Assembly: GCA_965112735.1 (NCBI GenBank)
Contig: OZ218951.1
Coordinates: 5,766,001 to 5,830,000, forward strand
DNA: 64,000 bases
Direction of reading: 5' to 3'
Origin: Phaeosaccion multiseriatum
Taxonomy: Eukaryota > Protista > Ochrophyta, other classes
The notes below the pieces were generated by a model, which saw only the letters and a list, made by a program, of their open reading frames with translations, ran no database searches and had not been told where the DNA came from. Numbering within the stretch: position 1 is the first letter of the stretch; each line of letters begins with the position of its first letter. The translations under genes and the position numbers were made by a program. Below, piece after piece: positions 55,354-64,000 of the stretch.

Positions 55354-56292
55354 CGGGCCCGAGAGCTTGGACGCCGCCGATGCCGAGTCCCTCGCCGCGT
55401 CGAGCTGTGCCACTGCCGGCGATATGATCGCCGAGGGCCTAGCACCCGTGTCGCTGGCCGGAGAGGCGCCAAATATGCCCCTTCCCCACCGCCCCGCGCT
55501 GTCACCCTCCTCCTCCCCTCCAAACCCACCCGCGCCGCGCTGATCCCACAGGAAGCGGCCAATCTCTTTGCTTGTTTGTCTCGCTTTGAAGGACACGAAT
55601 ATAAAAAAGAGGAATTCCGGGTCTATGAGCATTGGTCTAGACGACGAAGAACAAAAGCGACGATGGTGCCCGCCCGCCCAATCCCCGCAGACTCCACCAC
55701 CGAAAGGTCTTTGGGGAGTCCCGTCCCGATTTGCTCGTCCCGATTTGCTCTTGCTTTCCCTGCTGTCTCTGCTTCCACTGCTCCCACTGCTGCTGCAATC
55801 CCCTCTCCTCCTGGGACCTTCCGTGCCTCGTCAGCTCCGTCGCACAAAGGCACCTTCCGGTCTACGTGTATCAATTCACTCTTCAACCGTCGCCTCCGTT
55901 CCCTTCTACCCCTCCTGTTGCCACTGCTCCTGCTCCTGCGTCTCTTTTGGTGCACTTCTACTGTCGAAGCTTCGACCTCTACTCCCCACACCAAAGCAAA
56001 TACAGACACTTGGGGTGGATGACAGAGATGACGCCACACTGCTAAGAGCGGAGAGTGAGGAGCGGGGGGAACGTTTCGGCAAAGGTCCTGCTTGGGCGGG
56101 ATTCCCTTGGTGATCCTGGGATGGCAGGTAAAGTACAACAGGGCGTGTCTATGGGAGGTGTGTTGTCTGCGTGAGGCGTTGTTTGTTTGCTACTTATATA
56201 CTGAAAGGAGACTTAGACAAGTTCAAAGGGGGCTGAAGAGCTCAAATTGCCCCGGGGGGTGCTCCCAGCCCATACACTGCCAAATGAAATAT

Positions 56293-56911
56293 TTTGGCGC
56301 GGGACCAATTACAAAATCCTCGCCGCCAAGAGACGCCTTCCATAGGACAGAGAGAGCAAAGGAGGAGGAGCAGCGACGACACACACGTGCAGGGAAAGGA
56401 GGGAAAGGACTTGGAGGACGCATTCCTAAGGAGAAGCAAGAGGTAAGGACTTGGAGCACGGAGGACGGCCGGGGGGGGGGATGAAGAACCGTTGGGGATG
56501 GGGTGCCCCACAACCAAGACGGAGAGGGGCGCCGAGAGGAGGAAGGGGCAGAGAGGGTGAGGACGCCGACCTCTTCCTCTTTCCTCCCTACTGGTGCCTG
56601 CGCCTCGCCCTTGTGTGCTTTGTCCCTGCCCGGTTTGTCCGGCCTTTGTGGTGTCCGCATTCAAACGATCTCAGACTTTCAAAAGAGATTAGCAAAGAGT
56701 TACAGGATAGGCACGAGTAGGAGTGCTCTATGGTCTTTGTATACCTCCCTCTCTGCTATGTTGGGTTGTCTGATGCGCAGCCTGCGCAGCGGCCTCGGCC
56801 GGTGAAGTTCCCTGTTTTGTGTTTTGTTGTGTTTTCGAGTGGGAGGTAGGGGGAGCTGTGGGCGTTGCTCTGCCCTCTCTGTTGTTGGGCACGTTCCCCT
56901 CACTTTCCCGC
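56293..56911. promoter_or_regulatory. Candidate E2F sites (TTTGGCGC at 56293; TTTCCCGC at 56904) in the divergent RAD54/RNR1 intergenic region
   Basis: Both match the consensus TTTSSCGC and lie between two S-phase/repair genes. Confidence 0.35.
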
Positions 56912-57377
56912 TGTCTCTCGGAGCTGTACTAGGCAGCTCAAGGGCGGCGTGGATGCGGTGATGAAGGCACGAGTCCTACTCGTGTCTTGCGGTGTGGTGG
57001 TGGGGCACATGCAAATCCTTCCTTCCTACCTCACCTCCCTGCCCCTCACTGTATATGGGTCGGTCCCTCGACCCGGCCCTTAGTCTGTCCTGGTAGCCGC
57101 AATGACCATGATCGCCGCAGAGGGCAAGCCGGTGGAAGTCGTGGTCGGCCTTTGCCCTTTTTGAAACTTTGTTCTGTCTCGGGTGGTGCCGAGTTTGGAA
57201 GATAAGAGGGAGCGAGGGAGGGGAAGCCTGAGGGCAATCGCAGCAGCACTACAGACAGAAGGCTATCGGTAGTAAACATAGCAGACCGTCCAACAAAGGC
57301 GGCCCATCCACTGATAGCCCCCTGCCTGCGCCCCGCACCCTCCCCCCTCACACCTCACTCAGAAGGAAGGACACACC

Positions 57378-57621
57378 ATGATGTTCGTGGTGAAGCGCGA
57401 TGGGCGGACTGAAAGCGTGCAGTTCGACAAGATCACGTCGCGCATCAACAAGCTGTGCTACGGCCTGCACAAGAGCGTTGACGCCGCCATGATCAGCCAG
57501 AAGGTAAGGGGGGGGGCAACACAGAAGCATAACGGCATGCAACATGGCAGGGGCGGGAGGGGGGGGGGGGCGGACAACGAGAACGAACGGGGAGTGCACC
57601 GCCAAGGCCAAACCATAGGCT

Positions 57622-57655
<34 letters not shown>

Positions 57656-59229
57656 GCTGCTGCTTCTATATGCTACTGGGCCCGAACTGAACCCTTGCCC
57701 TATTGCGTCATGTTAATTGCATCGTTGCCCATTCCATGGCAACAGGTGGTGCTTGGGGTGTACCCCGGGGTGACGACAGTGGAGCTTGACGAACTGGCAG
57801 CGCAGACGGCGGCCTATCTCGCAACACAGCACCCCGACTTCTCCCTGCTGGCCGCCAGGATCAGCGTTAGCAACCTGCACAAGCAGACCAACAAGGTCAG
57901 GGGAGATAGTAGGCGGAGGTGGTGGAGAAGGGAGGAGGAGGGGAAGGGGGTGAGGGAGGGACGGGTGGAAGGGGGGCTTGTTGCAAGGTCTCTGTGAGGC
58001 CCTCCTCTGCTGCTGTGCCCGCCCCGAACGCCTCTACTTTTTTCTCTCATGAGCCCCCCCCCCCAGTCCTATTAAGTCAATAAAGTCCCCCCCCCCCCCA
58101 GTCCCTGTACAGAGATGAGATGCTCAACCCCTCTCTCTTCTCTCTCCTCTCTCCTCTCTCCTCTGCCCATGCATAGGTGTTCAGCGATGTGGTGGAGCAA
58201 TTGAAGACTTGCATCCACCCCAAGACGGGCGAGCACGCGCCACTCATCTCGGACAAGTGCTACGACATCATCATGGCCAACAGGGAGAGGCTCAACAGCG
58301 CAGTCATCATGGACAGGGACTTCAGCTACGACTACTTCGGGTGCGTGTTGGTGGTACAGCGACTGGCGACGACTGACCTGGGGGCGGGGCGGGAGGTGGC
58401 TGTGTAGTCATCGATCTAGAGTTGTTCGATGATAGCGTTTTGTTCTGTTTTGTTGAAGTGTACCCCGTTCGCTCTTGTCCCCCCCCCCCTTATCATGCAT
58501 TCGCTTCTCGCCATTGTAAACAACTAACCCTAACCCTGTGGATGTGGATACCTGTGGTAAACAACTAACCCTAACCCTGTGGATGTGGATGCCCTGTGCC
58601 CTCCTGCGCCCCCCTCTCAGCTTCAAGACGCTGGAGCGCTCTTACCTGCTCAAGGTGGACGGAAAGGTCGTGGAGAGGCCTCAGCACATGCTCATGCGCG
58701 TCGCCGTCGGAATTCACATGGTCAGTCTGTCAGCCAGTCACTCAGTCACTCAGTCACTCAGTCACTCAGTCACTCAGTCACACTCAGTCACTCAGTCACT
58801 CAGTCAGTCCATCACTCAGTCACTCAGTCACTCAGTCAGGGGCAGGGCTCAAGTGGCTGAGGGGTCAGTTGTCGAAGCTTCTGTGCCTACTCCAATGAAG
58901 CAGCATCTGAAGACGGAGTAGGGGCGGTGACACCCCACGCCTCTATTTTTCTCCTTCTTTTTCATCTCTATCCCCCACCTGACCCACAGCCCCCCCCGCC
59001 ACTTCTCTCTCTGTCTCTCTCCCGCACCGCCTGCATGTCAGGAGGACATCGACGGGGCCATCGAGACGTACGACCTCATGTCCCAGCGCTTCTTCACGCA
59101 CGCCACGCCCACCCTGTTCAACGCCGGCACGCCCAAGCCGCAGATGAGCTCGTGCTTTCTCCTCGCCATGAAGGACGACTCCATCTCGGGTGAGTTACGA
59201 GGGGGGGGGGGGGGTGCACGCACACGCGC

Positions 59230-59276
<47 letters not shown>

Positions 59277-61113
59277 CATGGAGAGAGATGGAGAGAGCAC
59301 ACACATGCACACACACACAATGCCTTGGATCATCCATCGCCTCTTTCACCTTTTGCGGCCTCTGATTTCGTCGTATTTATTCCGCTCACCGCTCGCCGCC
59401 CCTCCACCTCCACTGCCCCCATCATATGCCATCCACTGCCATATCACACACATACACACACGCACACACACCCAGGCATCTACGACACACTGAAGCAGTG
59501 TGCGCAGATCTCCAAGCACGCGGGGGGCATCGGGCTATCCATCCATAACGTTCGTGCGTCCGAGTCGTACATCAAGGGCACCAACGGCACCTCCAACGGC
59601 ATCGTCCCCATGCTGCGAGTGTTCAACAACACGGCTCGCTATGTGGACCAGGGCGGGGGCAAGCGCAAGGGGAGCATTGCGGTATATCTGGAGCCCTGGC
59701 ACGCAGACGTGTTCGCCTTCCTGGAGCTGCGCAAGAACCACGGCAATGAGTTGGAGAGGGCGAGGGACCTCTTCTACGCCATGTGGTGAGAGGACGGGAG
59801 GGAAGGAAGGAACAGGGGGAGGGAGGGGGGGGGGAGTAAGAGAGAGAAGGAAGGAAGGAAGGAAGTGCGCGGGTTCGTGCGTGTGTGCGTGCGTGCTCCT
59901 GTGTCCTGACTATCCCTCCCCCTGCCCCCTCGCAGGATCCCTGACCTGTTCATGCGTCGTGTGGAGTCCAACGGAGACTGGTCCCTGTTCTGCCCCAACG
60001 AGGCCCCCGGGCTTGCCGACTGCCACGGAAAGGCGTTCGAGGAGCTCTTTGTGCGATATGAGAGGGAGGGGCGCCAGAGGAAGACGGTCAAGGCGCAGGC
60101 ACTGTGGTTTGCCATCCTGGAGAGCCAGGTGAGTGGGGGTGGGTGGGTGGGTGCGTGTTTCTGGGTGTGTGTGTGCATGTGTGTGTATGTCATGTCTGTG
60201 TGCGTGTGTGTGGCCGTTGTTACGCCTCTTACCCCCCCGGTCCGTCCACTGCCATCCCCCCGTCCCAGGTGGAGACGGGCACCCCCTACGTGCTGTACAA
60301 GGACCACTGCAACAACAAGTCCAATCAGAAGAACCTCGGCACCATCAAGAGCTCCAACCTCTGCACCGAGATCCTCGAGTACACGAGCCCTGACGAGGTG
60401 GCCGTGTGCAACCTCGGTAGCATCAATCTCAGCGCCTTTGTGATTGAGGGAGGGGAGGGGGGTGGCGGCTTGAGGTACGACTTTGATGCGCTCTGCAACA
60501 TCTCCAGGGTGCTCTGCCGCAACCTCAACAAGGTAAGACAGATATGGCGACAGATATGCACTGGGGGTGAGTGGGTGAATGCGGGATGTTATGAGTGAGT
60601 GGGTGTGTCTTGTGCCAGGGCGTCTGCTTGAGGAAGCCACACCTTCTTCGAAAGTCGCCCCCACCTCACCTCGCCGCCCCTCTTCCCTCTCCTGCCCCAC
60701 CCACCCCCCCCCTCCCTCCCACTCACAGGTGATCGACGTGAACTACTACCCCATCAAGGAGGCGCGCAACTCCAACCTGCGGCACCGCCCCATCGGCATC
60801 GGCGTACAGGGCCTCGCTGACACCTTCATGCGTCTGCGCCTTCCCTTCGAGTCGGAGGAGGCGAGGGAGCTCAATAGACTCATCTTTGAGACCATCTACT
60901 TTGGGGCGTGTGATGCCTCGTGCGAGCTCGCCATCAAGGACGGTCCCTATGAAACGTTCGAGGGTAGCCCGGCCAGCGAGGGGTTGCTGCAGTTCGACCT
61001 TTGGGGAGTCACCCCGTCCGACAGGTTTGTAGGGTTTGGACTTGAGGCAACTAGTCTAGTCAGGCGCGTAACCAGACGAAGGGAGTTGAAACGGACGTTT
61101 GCTCTTCCTGCCG

Positions 61114-61144
<31 letters not shown>

Positions 61145-61842
61145 CTCTCAATCAGGTGGGACTGGGCTTCCCTCAAGCTGCGCATCCAGGAGCACGGGCT
61201 GCGCAACTCCCTCCTCGTGGCCCCCATGCCCACCGCCTCCACGGCTCAGATCCTCGGCAACAACGAGAGCACCGAGCCCTTCACCTCCAACATGTACAAC
61301 AGGCGGGTGCTGGCAGGGGAGTTTGCGTGTGTCAACAAGCACTTGCTGAGGGACCTGGTGGAGAGAGAGCTGTGGACCACAGAGGTGCGCAATCAGATCA
61401 TGGCGGACCAGGGCAGCGTGCAGAACGTTCCGCAGATCCCCGAGGACATCAAGGCGCTGTACAAGACGGTGTGGGAGATTAAGCAGCGGTGCATCATCGA
61501 CCAGGCGGCCGACAGAGGGGCGTACGTGTGTCAGAGCCAGAGCATGAACGTGCATCTCGCCGAGCCTTCCATCGGCAAGTTGACTTCCATGCACTTCTAC
61601 GCCTGGAAGAAGGGCCTCAAGACTGGTATGTACTACCTGCGCACAAGGCCCAAGGCCGACGCCATCCAGTTCACCGTGGACCAGGTCAGTCAGTCAGTGA
61701 GGGAGGGAGGGAGGGAGGACGGATGGTAGTAGATGGGCAGTAGGGCACTTCGACGGCATTGGAGAGAGGGAGGCAGGGCAGATGGCAGTGGGTGTTTGGC
61801 CCTCTACCTCTCCCCGCTGATCCCTGACATCACCTATCCCCA

Positions 61843-61878
<36 letters not shown>

Positions 61879-62015
61879 ACAACAAACAGTCGTCGCTGGC
61901 CAAGCAAGTCAAGCAGAACGCGGAGATGATGAAGGCCGCCAAGGAGGACAAGGAAAACGGCAAGCCGCAGCAGATGGAAGAGGAGGAGGGGGAGTGCCTC
62001 TCGTGTGGAGCCTAG
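57378..62015 (+). CDS. RNR1: Ribonucleoside-diphosphate reductase large subunit (class Ia), multi-exon
   Basis: ATP cone [22 protein letters not shown]; [75 protein letters not shown] and C-terminal CLSCGA*. Confidence 0.97.
58735..58838. repeat. Intronic (CAGTCACT)n repeat
   Basis: Tandem 8-mer at the 5' end of an RNR1 intron. Confidence 0.85.
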
Positions 62016-63289
62016 CGGAGCACACCGGCAAGAGGGGACGGACGGACGGACGGACGGACAGCGCAAAGAAGATACACAAGAGGAGGAGGAGCTTCTCTCC
62101 TTTGCCCTCCTGCCCTCCCTCCGGCGCCGCAGTGTGACCGCCTTTGATGCATTGGGCATCACTTGTCGGTTACAAATAGACCCAACTCCTGGCTCTCGTA
62201 TTCTTGCACATGGCCTTGCCGGGCCATTTGTGTAAGAGGGAGGAGTGGGCGTCGCCCCCTTCCCCCCTCGCCGATCGGGGGTGGGGCGAATTGGGCCTCT
62301 GGACCCAAGCTGTACCACATGACCATGTAGATAGGCAGAGGGGTGCCCTCCCATCGGGGTCGGAGGGGCTCTCCTCCGCCCACACGGGACTCCCTCCCAT
62401 GGGAGGAGACAAAAGCGACAAAAGCTTTTTAATATTACAATACGTAACCACCGAAATACTAAGCATGCGCAAGACAAACATGCCGTACATGTGCAGAGAG
62501 GGCAGCGCATCGCGACAATCCTTTCCCCTTTTTCCTTGTGTAAGCCTCGCTGACCATCGTGAAACAAGAGATTACTATCATTTCATCAATTCATAATAAT
62601 GAGGGCGTTCACGTGTGCCCCCTTGCCACACCCCTGCGGCCCTGCTGCCCTGCTGCCTTCCACTGCCTTCCCCTGCCGTCCCCTGTATACAAAGCGCTGA
62701 CCATCCTCTAGTCCTTTAGCTCCTCCTTGCCCTTCTGACCATCCTTTAGTCCTTTAGCTCCTCCTTGTGCCCTTCAAGTCGGGCCACTGGTGGTGTACTC
62801 TGTGGCCTGTTGTCTTGTCGCCCAGCCCCCCCCCCCCTTCCTCGACCGGCCTTCTCGACAAGAGATGCGATCATGCAAGACCCAGCAGCAGAGCAGCGGC
62901 AGAAGGGGGGGAGGGCGAAGGGCGTTACACCACCCTCACCCCAACCCTTTCCTCCTTCTGCTGCTGCCGCTACCGCTGACGCTGGGCCATGCGTGTTTGA
63001 AAGATCAGAGGGCCTCGGAGAGGGAACAGTCTGCACTTCAAGTGCACGGACGCTGCTTTGCTTGTCCTGCTTGGGCATTCGTGCCCACCCACTTGTTTGC
63101 TTGCTTGAGAAGGAAACAAGCGGTGCTTGCCAAGAGAGGACAGGCCGTTACACTGGTCCCCCATGGGGTGTCCTCCCTTCCCATCCCTTCCCGCTGCTCC
63201 GACGGCAGGTATCACCAACTGCCGTGTCGCCAACTGCGGTGCAGCATCACCAACTGCTGTATCGCACCACCAAATTGCTGCATCACCAA

Positions 63290-64000
63290 CTAGGACTGCT
63301 GGAAGTAGATGCCCTGGTCCGCCACCCACGTGAGCAGAGCCTTATCCTGCCCCTGTGTCTTTGTGAAGCACGCCACCTCCTGCTGACCCACAATGGGGCA
63401 GCGAGGGCAGTTCTGATTGTTGAACATGTGCTTGGCGTCAGTGCCGAGTGCCCTTTGCGTGTCCTTGCTGGTGAGGTGCACGGGTGTGTCAATGACCCAC
63501 TCGTCGCCCTCTTCCTCCGCCCCTGCGCAGAGAGAGAGAGAGGAGAGGTGGTGAGGAAAGAGAAAGGGATAGAGGAAGAGGCGGATGACAGTACACCTCA
63601 CACCTCACATATTGCCCACCTTGCCCACCTTACCTTCGCAGCCGACGATCCAATCGTCCCCCCCGTCCCCGTCTCCCCCCTCTCCGAAGGCGGACACCTC
63701 CTGGTGCCTGGTGAGGGGGCTCTTGAAGAGGTGTGTGTGCAGGTTCTTGCCGGTGCTTGCGTGCTCAAGCCTCACTACAGACCCGCACTTCACGGGCTCG
63801 CCCTGGGAAGGGGGGGATACACGTAAATTTAGGCAGGAAGATGGGTTGGCAAGGGCCGTAGTCGGACGGGTGTGGTATACAAAGGGTGTCAAGAGGAGGG
63901 AGGAGGGAAGGGAGACTGGGATCGGCGGCCGCAAGAGGCCACATGAGCACATCCGCAATGGACGCACTCACTCACTCACCACCTCGCAGGGGAACGCTGC
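63290..64000 (-). CDS. SDF2: SDF2-like MIR-domain ER protein, 3' part (continues beyond the window)
   Basis: GEPVKCGSVVRLEHASTGKNLHTHLFKSPLTRHQEVSAFGEGGDGDGGDDWIV and CPIVGQQEVA...WVADQGIYF*. Confidence 0.85.

Noticed and set aside
53959-56022. 687-aa plus-strand ORF
   Set aside because: Antisense shadow of GC-rich RAD54 exon 1; no domain signal.
62765-63826. 353-aa plus-strand ORF
   Set aside because: Antisense to SDF2 exons and 3' region; no coding signature.

Overview
GC-rich, intron-rich eukaryotic nuclear DNA with GT-AG introns and abundant microsatellites. It is most likely a flagellated photosynthetic stramenopile (ochrophyte): there are signal peptide + 'AF/GW'-type plastid presequences, DUF1997 and a CFAP73/CCDC42 gene. 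About 16 protein-coding genes can be reconstructed by hand-splicing: RPS19, an FZL/bacterial-dynamin-like GTPase, a CAMK-type kinase, DUF1997, an intronless sulfotransferase, a GUP1-like MBOAT, CFAP73/CCDC42, RAD54, RNR large subunit, SDF2-like (partial), two related Cys-rich surface proteins, a modular secreted protein and several low-complexity unknowns. No CRISPR array, rRNA, tRNA or recognisable transposase was seen. Three signals stand out. (1) A tandem array of ~250-bp exon+intron cassettes at 43.1-44.4 kb, each contributing one 57-nt phase-0 exon (a 19-aa Cys repeat) to a secreted TSP3/root-cap-VWD-like protein. (2) Two strongly over-represented dispersed 10-15-bp DNA motifs that occur in introns and inside unrelated coding sequences (one imposing the peptide 'GMAVDG/GMAADG'). 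(3) A 1.4-kb RPS19 intron packed with nested inverted repeats and a hairpin-buried cryptic exon. All gene models are manual and unverified by transcript data.
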